Shown: positions 13,226 to 26,244 of the stretch, piece by piece
How positions within the stretch are numbered: the first letter of the stretch is position 1
How the letters are laid out: each line of letters starts with the position of its first letter
From: Okamejei kenojei
Taxonomy: Eukaryota
Reading direction: 5' to 3'
DNA: 64,000 nucleotides
NCBI GenBank assembly: GCA_035221665.1
Contig: CM069149.1
Coordinates: 19,282,001 to 19,346,000, forward strand
The notes under the pieces: model-generated
What the model was told of the DNA's origin: nothing
The model's input: the letters and a program-made list of their open reading frames with translations, nothing else
The model's database searches: none
Program-made: the position numbers and the translations under genes

Positions 13226-14022
13226 ATACGATTATAATCCTGAACTTGAAATCACAAACCTCAGGTTTCTAATTTGTTATCATGTTATTTGCATAACTGT
13301 ATGCCCGCACCATATGAACAAATAAATTGGAACACACTCAATCTGAGCATCCATGATGAATAATTTCACATAGCCACAAATACAGACCAATCGGATTGAT
13401 CGACAAATTAAACAAAGATAGAGGGGGTGCATAGCATGCACAGATTCTAGAGCTTAAAAATAGATCACTATGAGAAAAGTAAGAGACTGTAGAAATATGT
13501 TAAGAAGTAATCGGTAACAAAGCAAGCTATGTGGAAATTAACTGAAGCTGAATACGGTAGACAAGAAAATCCTTTACTGTTCGGTTATATTTAGTGCTGT
13601 GGTCAGGTCAGATGGCATGCTGATTTTTTACTTTTTATTATTTAGACATGCCTATTTCTGCTTGTTACTTATTAATAAATGGGTTGAGAATCAAGTGTTC
13701 AAAGACCTACAGTACATCTCACTAAGAGCTGCATGTAAACTAAGTAGTAGTTTCAATATTATTCCTTTTTACACGTGTCGATTTTCTTCTTGGAGTGGAA
13801 GTTGACAACTTTGAATTATTTTTTGCTGAGTCAGGTTTCAGCAAGAAAGTATATTTAGTTTTAGTTTCGTTAAGAGGCACAGCATGGAAAAAGGCCCGTC
13901 AGTCCACCCAGTCCGTGCCGACCTACCATTACCCGTAAACTAGTTCTATCATGCTCACTAGGGACATGTTACAGAAGCTAATTAACCTACAAACCTGTAC
14001 ATCTTTGGAATGTGGGAAGAAT

Positions 14023-14635
14023 CTTGCTCTTGAGGGAATGCAGCGTAGGTTCACAACGCTAATTCCTGGGATGGCAGGACTGTCATATGCTGAGAGAATG
14101 GATCAGCTGGCTTTGTATACTGGAATTTAGAAGGATGAGAGACGATCTTATTGAAACATATAAAATTATTAAAGGTCTGAAGAAGGGTCTCGACCCGAAA
14201 CGTCGCCTATCTCCTTCGCTCCTTAGATGCTGCTGCACCCGCTGAGTTTCTCCAGCTTTTTGTGTACCCAAGATTATTAAAGGTTTGGATATGTTAGAGG
14301 CAGGAAACATGTTCCCGATGCTGGGGGAGTTCAGAACCAGGGGTCACAGTTTAAGAATAAGGGGTAAGCCATTTAGAACGGAGATGAGGAATCACTTTTT
14401 CACACAGAGAGTTGTGAGTCTGTGGAATTATCTGCCTCAGAGGGCGGTGGAGGCCGGTTCTCTGGATTCTCTCGAGAGGGAGCTAGATAGCGCTCTTAAA
14501 GATAGCGGAGTCAGGAGATGGGGAGAAGGCAAGAATGGGGTACTAATTGTGGTTGATCAGCAATGATCACATTGAATGGCGGTGCTGGCTCGAAGGGCCA
14601 AATGGCCTACTCTTGCACCTAATATCTATTGTCTA
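14023..14635 (+). mobile_element. CR1 LINE 3' fragment with a Penelope-derived insert
   Basis: RTRGHSLRI...FFTQRVVSLWN translation and a CR1 tail. It is split at 14177-14269 by an insert with a 15-bp TSD. Confidence 0.85.
14173..14208 (+). ncRNA. Minimal hammerhead ribozyme motif (Penelope-associated)
   Basis: AGGT-CTGAAGA-AGGGTCTCGACCC-GAAAC-GTC-GCCT: CUGANGA and GAAA boxes, stem II GGG/CCC, GUC cleavage triplet, stem I AGGU/GCCU. Confidence 0.7.
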
Positions 14636-14833
14636 AACTAGAGCATAATATACAAACATTGTTTGTAAATGGAGTATACCCAGTATATGGAGTATATTGC
14701 CAATGGGGTGGAAATAACAATTTTGTTGTATGCAGTGCTTACAATGACAAATAAAGGCATTTCATTTCATCTCATCTGGAGAAAACCCACGTGGTCACAG
14801 GGAGAATGTGCAAAGTTGAACCAGGCACTATAA

Positions 14834-15039
14834 TGCCCCTGTCCCACTTAGGAAACCTGAACGGAAACCTCTGGAGACTTTGTGCCCCACCCAAGGTTTC
14901 CGTGCGGCTCCCAGAGGTTTTTGTCAGTTACGACCATTAGGGAGACTGACAAAAACCTCCGGAAACCTCACGGAAACCTTGGGTGGGGAGCAAAGTCTCC
15001 AGAGGTTTCCGTTCAGGTTTCCTAAGTGGGACAGGGGCG
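14834..15039. mobile_element. PIF/Harbinger-like palindromic MITE
   Basis: Near-perfect inverted repeat over about 200 bp (TGCCCCTGTCCCACTTAGGAAACC... / ...GGTTTCCTAAGTGGGACAGGGGCG). TAA TSD at 14831-14833 and 15040-15042, inside a SINE. Confidence 0.85.
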
Positions 15040-16319
15040 TAAGGCAGCAAATATACTGCTGAAGGCAATTTACATTGGTCAATTAACCTAACAGCCTGCA
15101 GATCTTCGGGTGTGCGAGGAAACTGGAGCGCCCAGGAGAAATCCAGGTGATCACAGGGAGAACACATGTCAGGATCACGTGAGAGTCAGTGGAGCTGTGG
15201 GGCAGCTGCACTACCCACAGCAACATGAATTGAATTGACGCATACTTTTTTAGTCATCTTCCAGTCCCTTACAATGATGGTCAGGATCACATGAAGCGTA
15301 GCCTTGAACAATCACGGATGCTCTCCCAATTTGTCGTTGCATCTTTGATTAAAAAAAAACAATGGAAAATCACAGAGAAATTGTGTGATTGTCACAAATG
15401 TCACGTCTCTGAGCCTTTGGCTAATTTTCTGCATGGAACTGCAACGAATGGTGGCAAGAACCTTGAAGGGAAATATTTCTCCTCGTCACTGGTCCTCTTC
15501 TCAATGCTCTGTGAAAAAGTACTATTCACCCTGAGGATTTATTTGAAGTTATTTCAGCTTGGATTGGACTTCTGAATCATTTATATCAAAGGCTTAATTT
15601 TTGCCTTGATGTTATTTTCTAAGGGCCTGTGTTATCTATTTTTTTTTCCTTGTGAATGCTTTGGGAACCAATCATTAATTTCCTTTGAGACTAAAGAGGC
15701 TCGTTTATGACATATTTGACAGCAATCGTCTTTCATTTATCTATATTTCACCAACTAATTAACCCCATTAGATACAAATAACAGCTTGTTCAATAAAATC
15801 ACATCTACTGGGATCTAAATATTTGACGATTAGAACAAAGTACATAATATATTTCCTACAGTTTTATCGTAAGAAGCTGGTGCTTGCAATAATTGGAGTT
15901 ACAATATCTACAGTAATTTGTGATTTCTATAAATCTGGCATTAAACCTGTTCTGCAAAATACAACAGAAAACTCCTCACGATAAAGGGAATTCCTCCCTT
16001 AAGAAGTAAGGCTTAAAATAAATCCATGAGAAATTATGGAAGGTTCCTTTGTTTCCAAGATATAAAAACAATCATTATTTGTAAGGCTTTTTAAACCTCA
16101 TTCTAATAATTCCCTGTGTCGGAAGGAACACTTCTTCTTTTCGCATCCATCTTGTTACAAATGTTGACCTCGCTGTCATTGTCCATCCTGAAAAGGACGC
16201 AAGCTTCCGGCGACAATCATTGGAAGCCACCACTTGTCTCAATAGATGATGGTAGCAGAATTAGCTCAGGATATTTCCAGTTTCCAGCCCCGCGATGTGG
16301 ACGCCTCTGCTATGGGGCC

Positions 16320-16572
16320 AGGAAGGAACTGCAGATGCTGCTTTATACTGAAGATAGACACAAAGTGCTGGAGTAACTTAGCGAATCAGGCAACATCACT
16401 GGAGAAAAAAGATGGGTGACGTTTTGGGTCGGGACCCTTCTTCAGACTGAAACAATTCACCGGTTTCAGTCTGAAGAAGGGTCACAGCCCGAAACGTCAC
16501 CCATCCATTTCCTCCAGAGTTGCTACCTGACCTGTTGAGTTACTCCAGAATTTTGAACTGTATCTATCTTCT
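16320..16572. mobile_element. Inverted pair of Penelope-derived terminal repeats with hammerhead motifs
   Basis: The arms 16320-16450 and 16465-16572 are reverse complements. The + arm holds an intact CTGAAGA...GAAACGTC core (16471-16498). Confidence 0.7.
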
Positions 16573-16879
16573 AACAATTGCCTTGTGTTTTCATGTAATA
16601 TGCTTGCACTTACTTTATATGACACTTATCACATTTTTCACAATGACCCTAAAGCACTTCAGCTTCATGTTTATTGAATAACTCTGATGTGTGGCACCCT
16701 GTCTGTATAGTCAGTCTGTTCCATATAAAACTGACTTCACATTGTTCATCTCACAACTCTAGCTATTTAACAGATTTCAATTTTGGCAGAAGATGCATAA
16801 CACAGGCAGTTTTCTCAGCTAAAGCTTCGGAGAAATGTACAGTATATGTGTTTGTTCCTTTCCTGTGAGGAATTCCTCC

Positions 16880-17510
16880 GTGCAGAAAAATGTTGGTGTA
16901 ACCCAGCAGGTCAGGGAACATTTCTGGAGAATATGCATAGACAACATTTTGGGTCGGGACCATTCTTTGACTGATGGTGGTGGTGATGAGGGGAACAAAG
17001 CTGGAAGAGAAGTGGGGACAGGCCAAAGTCTGATAAATTATAGGTGGATACAGGTTAGGGTTGTTTTATGATTGGCAAATAGTTGGACAAAGGCCAGAGA
17101 TTAAAAAAAAACAAAAAATGTGAGAAAAAGAGAGAAGAAGCATGAAATGTGAAGCCAGAGGAAGGAATAAATGGCTGCACATCTAGGTGAGGCACATAAG
17201 AGTGGATGAAAAAATATAGTGGTAGGGTAAAAAAGGGTGTGGTTTGTTTACCTAAAATTTCAGAATTTAATGTTCATAGGGCTGTAAACTACCCAAGGGA
17301 CGCTGTCCCTCCAGTTTGTACGTGGGCTCACTATGACAATGGAGGAGCCCCCAGGACAGAAAGGTCAGTTTGGGAATGGGAAGGGGAGCTAAAATAGTTA
17401 CCAAGCCATGAGATCCCTCAAGCCTTGGGGACCAAGTGCAAGTGTTCAACAAAATGGTCGCTTAGTCTCACTGGTGAAAAGGAGGTCAAAACAAGGAATC
17501 CTAAAAGTGT
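16880..17510 (-). mobile_element. Penelope-like element 3' fragment (GIY-YIG remnant)
   Basis: Minus-strand GLLHCHSE...KLE...LGSLQP, homologous to the 25255-25850 copy. Confidence 0.7.
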
Positions 17511-18216
17511 GTCTCATTGCAGAAGATCGATAGCTCTCCTTTCCCTAATTAAAAACCAGTGAAATAACCAATGACTGTCATCTGGGACATGGAGGGCAGA
17601 TAGGGGACATACAGTAGTAAATCCTTGCAATAACGGAACGCGGAGGGGGTATTAATATTGGCCAAATTAGAGGTATTATAAAATGAAGGTTCTTTGCATT
17701 TGCAAGGCCTGCTTCGTCTATTTCTGTTGCAAGTTGTGAGCTGGCACCACAAAGTCTGGACCCTAGATGAATGGTCAGGATGAGGTTAAGTCCAGATGTC
17801 CTTTCCTTTGTTAAAATGTATAAGGACTTTTGCAGAGGAGATCAGAGGTGTCACAAATGCATGGTCAGGATTGGCCAGATAAATGGGAGTTGTAAATACT
17901 GTTAATAATGTTGCAAGGTGTTTGTGCTGATGTTTGATGATTGGCTGAAATGTGAAACCTTGTTTGAATTGTTTATACAACCTTGGAAAATGTTGCATTA
18001 CCTTGGTTAACTGACTTCTTTCCAGAAGCTTCTCTAGAAACATTGTAATGAGGTACTTTGTAATTGGGTTAGGGAACTGTCAATAACAGTATAATGTAAT
18101 TTATATTTGTGATTGTAGGGGCTGCCACCCCCATCTAGTTTTGCGCCACAGGGTCCGATGACCTATAAAGAGTGAACCCCACGAGGATCGGGGTCGATCT
18201 TCTGGAGGGGCGCTTT

Positions 18217-19239
18217 GGTTTTTTTTTTTTTTGTTTTTTAACTCAACATTTATTGACAGAACAAAATACACATACAGACAAAACAAAGAGACATACAAAG
18301 ACAATCGTAAAATGGCAAAATACAAATCACCTAAACTCTATTAGCATAGCATCAAATCCTTTTAACATTCTATCATAGAAGCATCTTATTCACAGGCACC
18401 AGAGCAAGCTCATCCATTCATATCCTTAATCAATCTTGGCATTTGTAATAGTACCAGTTTCCATATAATATTGAAGGCATCAGTCCTCAACTGGAGTTTA
18501 GCAGTTATACTTTCCATCAAGTATACATTTTTCAATCTTTCCCTCCACTGTTGAACATTTGGTGGCATTTCCTTTCTCCATAGCACTGTTATCAACTTTT
18601 TAGCAATCAACAGCTTCACCAAAAGCAAATATTTCTGATTTTGAATATCTGTCGCTGCTGGAGTATCTCCTAATATAAAACAAGCCAGTTCCAGAGGTAG
18701 ATCCACTCCCAGAATTAATTTAATCTCTACCTGGATGCCTCGCCAGTATTGGTACAATTTGGGACAATCCCAAAAAATATGTGTGTGATCACCTATCTTC
18801 CCACATTGTCTCCAGCATAAATTTGAGGTGTTATTGTATCTTGCCAACACTAGAGGGGTCCTAAATACTCTCATTTTAATTTTCCAATCGAACTCCCTCC
18901 AAGAGGGGCTGCTTGTCAGCTTATGGCCCAAGAGACATGTCCTTTCCCATATTTCATCTGTAATAATAATGTTCATTTCCAATTCCCATTTCTGTTTTGT
19001 TTCTATAGTATTTCCTTTTATATAGTCTTGAAGTCCTTGATATAAATGGGATATCAAATTATTTTGTAACACTCCCTCAAAAGTCATCAAGGTATTTTCA
19101 CAAATTTGCTACATATCTGCTCCCAATCTACATGTGTCTGTAAGTGCCGTACCTAAAGAAATCCAACCTGTTTCATTCTGCAAGTGCTCACAAGATTTTC
19201 CCCCACAAAAAGCTCCACAGTAATCTGCTGTTTTAATCC
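18217..19239 (-). mobile_element. 5'-truncated L1/Tx1-clade LINE with poly(A) tail and about 22-bp TSD
   Basis: ORF 18410-19090 has the CWRQC...HIFWDC zinc knuckle. There is a poly(T) run at about 18219-18239. Flanks are CGATCTTCTGGAGGGGCGCTTT (18195) and CGATCTTCTGGAAAGGGCGCTTT (19240). Confidence 0.85.
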
Positions 19240-20682
19240 CGATCTTCTGGAAAGGGCGCTTTTGCGTAACCTTTTGTGTCTGCTTGCACGACTGAATCGG
19301 TGTTTTTGTATAGGGAGTTGTTATTGTTGGAAAGTATAAAGAGTAGTGATTCGGTGCTTGACAGTGTTTTACTGAACTAGACTAAGCGGGGTAAGCTCTA
19401 AGCATAATTACAGGATTGTGTTCCCATGGTCGTGAGAGAAAAAAATGTGGCACAATAATGCGAGAGAATGGGCCCGGTACTAACTCTGCCTTCACGCTGC
19501 TCACTCTCTCCACTCCCATGACCTGAACCCCACCACATGCCGCTAACCTGGCAGAAGTTGGGTACTGCACCTCAGTCATAACCAAAATCAAATACGCCTT
19601 ACCCTCTTCCTGGGCGCAGCAGTAGACAGAATGTAGCTAGTGCTTATGAAGATGTATGTAATACCCTGTGCTATCATTAAAAGATGTTGCACACTTTAAG
19701 AGCTTGTAAAGTGTTTATTTACAGTACCTCCAATGTCTAACGTCTAAAAGAGTCATGACTTGACTTTGCGAGTCAACTGACAGTGTATAACATGTATAAG
19801 GTAAAAAGAGCAAGTCCCAACCATTAGTGCAAGCCAAATTAAATATTTAGGTTTCCCCATTGCATTCATGAAGGCTCCCATGCGCATATTAGAAAACCAC
19901 AAGCAAACCAAATTCCCTCTACGTTAGTGCAACCCCAGAGTGAACTATGAATTCAGGCCACATTTATTTTACAGGAAAAAAATCCTATTAACCTCTGGTA
20001 AGTGTGAACCTTAATACCTGCCAGGATACTTTATGGGAACACAATAAAAATTATTGGAGTGTGAAAGTCTTTTTAAGTTTGGAACTTTAATCTTTATTGC
20101 GTTAAAAGTGAAACTCAAGATAATGTTAACTTAATCTAACAAAGGCAGTGCATAGGAGATTACAGTTAATGGGAACTATTGTTCAATGGATGTGGCTGAG
20201 GGAGTAGTTTAAAGTAGCAGTTTAATTAAAAATGAATCTCAAAACAAAATTACTTAAGTATTGCTGCAGAGATCATCAATGGCAATTTGGATTAATAGCG
20301 GACAGCGTTGATTACAAACATTTTTACTCTATCGAGATTAATAGGAGTTCTACTATCATCTCCACATCAGCCCTCTGGCAGCATCTCCAGGGAAATTCTC
20401 AATTATGAGACTCAAAGTGCTGGAGCAACTCAACGGGTCAGGCAACATCTCTGGAGAACAGGGACAGGCGACATTTCAGGTCGGGCCCCCCTGCTGAATG
20501 TTCAACGAAGGAAGGAGAGAAGAGATGGTCTTGATGTGGATCAGTCTGCATTATTCCACTGACTAAACTGTGGGAACCAGGAAACAAACACAAACTTAAA
20601 TAAATGAACGTACCATTAGAAAGAAGATGAGGAGGAATTTCTTTAGTCAGAGGGTGGTGAATCTGTGGAGTTCATTACCACA

Positions 20683-21388
20683 GTACCTCAATGATCAACA
20701 CCACAGCAATCATCAAAACAGCACAGCAGCAGCTCCACCCCGTCCGGAGACTAAGAAAAGCAGGTCTCCCCACTGTTCACCTAACCTTCTACAAGGGCAC
20801 CATCGAGAGCATACTGACCTACGGCATCACTTCCTGGTTTGGGAGCTGCAAGGCTTACGAACAGGGACGGCTAAACAGGATAGTGAAGGCAGCCAGTAGG
20901 ATCATTGGTGCTCCACTCCCTTTCCTGTTGGAGATCTGTCAGAAGCGCTGCATCCACAGAACCATCTCCATCATTAAGGACCCTTATCACCCATCGCACC
21001 ACATCTTCTCCATTCTGCCATCTGAGAGGAGGTACAGGAGTATCTGCTGCAGAACCAGCAGGATGCTACACAGCTTCTTCCCACAGGCAACACGACTGGT
21101 TAACAGACCGTGTCCCCTCCCCATACGTCATACATCCACACATCTAACCTCGCCCAAACTTTGACAGCTAGACCCCTGTCAAGGTAAAGTCACTGTTCGG
21201 TCTGAATGTCTGTTTTTAGCTCAATTTTAGGTCTATTTTAGAAATGTTAATTTTAAAGTTGTATGTATTTATTCTGTTTTTATTAACTGCACTGACAGGA
21301 ACTGATGAGAAACAATTTTTTGTTTCTTCTGTGTATGTAAGTACTCAGTGAAATGATAATAAAGGGAATACTGAATGCTGAATACTAG
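20683..21388 (+). mobile_element. Rex1/Babar-like 3' fragment nested in a CR1 3' fragment (about 20615-21580)
   Basis: FYKGTIESILTYGITSWFG...SFFPQA. The CR1 sequence cattaccacag|...|taggctgtggaggcc is split around it. Confidence 0.75.
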
Positions 21389-22331
21389 TAGGCTGTGGAG
21401 GCCAAGTTAATTGAGATTTTTAAGGCAGAAGTTGATAGATTCTTGATTAGTATGGGTTTCAGGGGTTATGGAGAGAAGGTAGGAGAATGGGGTTAAGAGA
21501 GATAGATCATCCAAGATTGAATGGCGGAATGGGCATGTTGAGCTGAATATCCTAATTCTGCTCCTATAACTTATGAACATGAAGCTTAAACCAATAAAAG
21601 GCAAATTTAAAAAGCTCTCCATCAACTCAGAGAACAATTGCCTCCTCAAATGGAGTGAAATATAGTGAGTGTTGGAAATAAGTAAAAACAAGGGACAATT
21701 TCATCTGCAAGGGAGATTGAAAAGTATGATGTCTTGAAGAAGCCGAAATACTTTTACATTATCGAAATACCAAGTAATCTTGTGAAATTAACCGACTGCA
21801 TGGGCATAGCTTTAAGGTTAGAAGTGGCAAAGCTTAAAGGAGATGTGCAGGGCAAGTTTTTTAACACAGAGGGTTGTGAGCATTTGGAATGTGTTGTCAA
21901 GGGTGGTGGTGAAGCCAATATATTAGTGGCATTTAAAAAGACTTATGGATGGGCATATGGATATGCAGGGAATGGAGGGATATGGGTTATGTGCAGGTAG
22001 GTAAGTAATGACCTTGACATCATGTTCAGCATAGACATGTGGGCCGAAGGGCTTGTTATTGTGCTGTATTCTTTTATGTTCTAAATCCTATGTTCTAACA
22101 ATGGATTAGGACTAAGTGGGAAGATTGCTGAAGGGTAGGGATGATGATTTGTTGAAATTCTCAGCTACATACTGCTTGGTCTTTTAAAATAGGAGCAAAT
22201 ATTCACTCAATGTAATGCACTTGCGCAGGATTTAGTTATTTATTACCTTTTTTACTTGGCATTAACTGCTCCATTGACTTTAATGAACCATCTCACTGTT
22301 GTGCTCTCTAATGCCCAGAGAGTTCTCATAA

Positions 22332-22509
22332 GAAAGTAGATAAAAATGCTGGAGAAACTCAGCGGGTGAGGCAGCACCTGTGGAGTGAAGGAAATAGGCA
22401 ATGTTTCGGGTCGAAACCTTCGCTCCATAGATGCTGCCTCACCTGCTGAGTTTTTCCAGTTTTTTTTGTCTACCTTCGATTTTCTAGCGTCTGCAGTTCC
22501 TTCTTAAAC
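22332..22509. mobile_element. Inverted Penelope-derived insertion with 12-bp TSD
   Basis: GAGTTCTCATAA at 22320 and 22510 flanks two inverted copies of the gctggagaaactcagc repeat. Confidence 0.7.
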
Positions 22510-22811
22510 GAGTTCTCATAAAAATTGATTTGTACATTGCAGGCTCAAGCCGGACCTTAGTGCATTACAATCTCCTGTCTTAATTCAGGACAATGCTTGA
22601 GATATCTCCTACATGGGTTTTGCTGAGGGCAGCTTTTTCATCAGTGGGTAGTCCTGGGGCCCAAAGGGCTGCTGACTGCTACAGAAGAAAAACATTCGAA
22701 TAAACTCCACAATGGTTGCGAATTTACCATCCAGATCTTCTTGGCTCTGAAATAGATGGAGAATCCTGGCATCATCCTGCAGCAGAATGGTTGTGGCTGG
22801 TTACTGTTTGG

Positions 22812-23460
22812 AGTCATAGTCACAGTCATGCAGCGTGGAACAGGCTCTTTAGCCCAAATTGTCCACACCGACCGAGATGTCCCATCAACACTAGTGCCAT
22901 CTGCCTGCATTTGACCCAGATCCCTCTAAACCTACCCTGTGCATGTACCCGTCTAAATGTTTCTTAAATGTTGCCATAGTATCTGCCTCAACTATCTCCT
23001 CTGGCAGCTTGTTCCATACACCCTTTGTGTAAAACAGTTACCCCTCAAGTTTCAATTAAATCTTTCCCCCCTCACCTTAAACCTATGTCCTTTGGTTTTC
23101 GATTCCCCGACTCTGGGTAAGGTTCTCTGTACGTCTACCCTATATATATTCTTCTCATGATTTTGTACATCTCCATAAGATCACCCCTCATCCTTCTCCA
23201 CTCCAAGGAATATAGTCCGAGCCTGCTCAGCCTCTCTAGCTCAGTCCCTCGAGTTCTGGCAACATCCTCATAAATCTTCTCTGCACTCTTTCCAGCTTGA
23301 CAACATCTTTCCTATAACATGGTGAGAAAAACTAAACACAATACTCTAAATATAGCCTCACAAATATCTTACATAATGGCAACATGACCTCCCAACTTCT
23401 ATACTCAATACTCTGTCTGATGAAGGCCAATGTGCCGAAAGCCTTTTTGACCATCGGTGA
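22812..23460 (-). mobile_element. CR1 LINE 3' fragment
   Basis: Minus-strand VKKAFGTLAFI...EYRSWEVML...LEYCV and a CR1 tail. Confidence 0.8.
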
Positions 23461-25254
23461 CACCACTTTCTGGACATCTTGATCCATTTGAACACTTGTG
23501 GAAGCTGGGAATGTGCACAACATCACAGCTAACATGGCGATGATCAACCTGAACCTGGACCTGTGGTAGAGATGGATCCCGTCACATTGCTGAGGAGACA
23601 CACACATTCTGTCTGTAATGTAAAGGAGATGGTGAAGCCAGGGAAAGGTAGCTCTCTGCCTCTTTCTAGATTCATCTGAGGATTCAAAGAATGGGTCGTC
23701 TTTGGGAAAAGTAGGACCCACCCCTTGATAACTGTTCACTTGTAGATCAAGCCAAGTTTTTCTCAAGTTTTTTGAATGTTCACCTTTGAATCAAAGTGCA
23801 GTACAATCAAACGCTTGAATCAATTAGGCTACTTTGAGTTTAGGTTGGTTTAGTTTTCCCATTCATACAAGTTAGAATTGGAGATACAGTTATCTCAAAC
23901 TCATGGAATAGAACCCCCCCCCCCCCTCCACAACACCCCCCCCCCCCCCCTCCCCCCCTTACTCTCTCTGCTCGTGAACATCTCTGATCAGCTCCTAGTT
24001 ACTGCTTAACATAAGAATGTCAGGAGGAAGATGACATCAAAACCTGGAGACTCTTGTATGCGGTCTCAGTAGACTATTTCTATAAACTTTGTTCCGATCA
24101 GAGATTGTGCTTCGTTATGACAATCCTTTACTGAACTGTCTGCAAAAAACTAATTTCACTGTACATTTGGACATGTGCCAATAAAGAACCATTAATCTCA
24201 GGAAAGATGAGAAAGATTTGATGGATGTGTTAAAGGATAAAATCACCCCACTGCAATGAAAAGATGATGTGGTGAATTTGGAGCCTGAGATACCTGTCAC
24301 AGCAGAGAAAGAGGGGGAAATGGATCTGCACACCATATCTTATTCTTTCACTTCTATCCAGAGTCAATAAGTAAATAGCTCGGTAAATAATCTTTCTCCA
24401 AATATTATTAGCGAAAGGGACAGCAAAGAGCTCATTGTATAGACCTTCATTGTGGAGAACTAGCTGGGGATTTCTAGCCAGACTGTGCAAATGGTATCTT
24501 TGTGTTTTAATAAGTGATTGAATCAAGAAAAGTATAGGCCACTGGCTCCATAAAATCTAATTAAGGGAATATGGAGGCAGGAGAGACAAGACAGCAACTC
24601 AAGCCTGCAATGACATTTAGTGAGATCAAGGTTAATTTGTCTCTTCATCCCTTTTCCTGGTTTTGCTTTGTAACATCTGACTCACTTAGTTTTAAAGGAT
24701 ATTTTAATCTCAGTTTTGAGGTTTGTAGTGAAACCTTGCATCTTGGCTGTTATTTTTTATTCAAATGGAAGGGGTTCATATTTCTATCTATCCACTTTCT
24801 CTGAATTTGCACATTGATACCAAACTATCCATGATTTTAACCTCAAACTGCTCCTTCATGTACATTCTTTATGGGTCCTAACACTTTCTTTATAGTTTCT
24901 GTTACTGTTCTTTATAACTTTACAACCTGCGGCATTGCTATTGATTATTGCTTTCCTTTACCCCACAGGATAGAGCCAGTCCAATTATCCATTCACACTC
25001 GAGAAATCTCACTCACTGATCCCGCTGGTTTAAATGGAGAACAATCATAGACACAATTTACACTTCCTTAACTTTTGTGTCCAGTACAATTCTAATGCAT
25101 GTATCCAGAGGCTGCATTTTGTGGTATTGTGTGCAGTTCTGGTCATCACATTACTAGAAGGATGTGGAGGTTTTGGAGAGGGTATCAGAAGAGGTTCACC
25201 AGGATACTGTCTGGATTAAAGAACATTTGTTTTAGGAAGCGGTTGGACAAACGA

Positions 25255-25850
25255 AATGTGTAGGAAGGAACTGCAGGTGCTGGTTTCCATCAAAAATAGC
25301 CACAAAATGCTGGTGTAACTCAGCGGGTCAGGCAACATCCCTGGAGAAAAGGAATAGGTGACGTTTCAGGTCGAGACCCTTCTTCAGACTGAGAATCAGG
25401 GGAGAGGGAAACTAGAGGTACGAAAAGGTTCAGAACATATTGGAGCCGGCACTGATGAATAAGGAAAGGTGGAGCCCACAGTGGTCCATTGTTGGATGTG
25501 GAAGAGATAATGTGTGGATGCGAACAGTGGAACTAACAGGAGGACAAGGGTGGGACGGGGAGAGAGAGAGAATGCAAGGGATACTTCAAATTAGAGAAAT
25601 CACACTGCTGGGGTGTAAGATGCCCAAGCGAAATACTGTATGAGGTGCAAACCTCCAATTTACATGCAGCCTCACTCCGACAGCGGAGGAGGCCCAGGAC
25701 GGAAAGGTCAGTTTGGGAATGGGAAGGGGAGTTAAAATGTTTGGCATCCAGGAAATTGTGGAGGCCAAGGCAGACTGAGCGTAGGTGTTCAGCAAAGTCT
25801 GCGTTTTGTGTCACAGATATATAGGAGTCCACACCTGGAACAACGGAGGG
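25255..25850 (-). mobile_element. Penelope-like element 3' part (GIY-YIG endonuclease C-terminus plus hammerhead-bearing terminal repeat)
   Basis: FAEHLRSV...AKHFNSPSHSQTDLSVLGLL...CKLE. The minus strand at 25355-25390 reads AGTCTGAAGAAGGGTCTCGACCTGAAACGTCACCTA. Confidence 0.8.
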
Positions 25851-26244
25851 GATGAAAGCTAGAAGGAGCAGGACAAAGCATGGCACGTAGTCGGCTGACC
25901 TTGAAGAGATTTCTCAGTAGCGCAGTAAAATGTGGATACAAAAACTGTAGATGCTGGTTTACAAGAAAAGGATATTTATAAAATGAGACTTACATTTAGA
26001 AGTCAGAGATCACAGGCAGTTTTGCACGCTAAGGGACAATTGGACAAAGTGATTTGATTGAAAGCCTCAAAAGACATAGCAGACCAGGGCACCTTGTAAT
26101 TATTTCCATGAGTCACTCACATTATACACATTTTATGTTTTGTAGTTTCCTTCCTCACAGATTGCTGATGGATTTGGGTGAAGGAAAGAAAGACTTATCA
26201 AACACAGAAAAGCTGAAATTAGACAGCCAACTCTACAAGTTTAG

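Noticed and set aside
22716-22810. YHPD motif suggesting a DnaJ or E2 exon
   Set aside because: No surrounding domain similarity or convincing splice sites, and the ORF runs into a CR1 tail.
23565-23600. RNase H-like WIPSHC peptide
   Set aside because: An isolated 6-aa match flanked by stops, with no other RNase H motifs.
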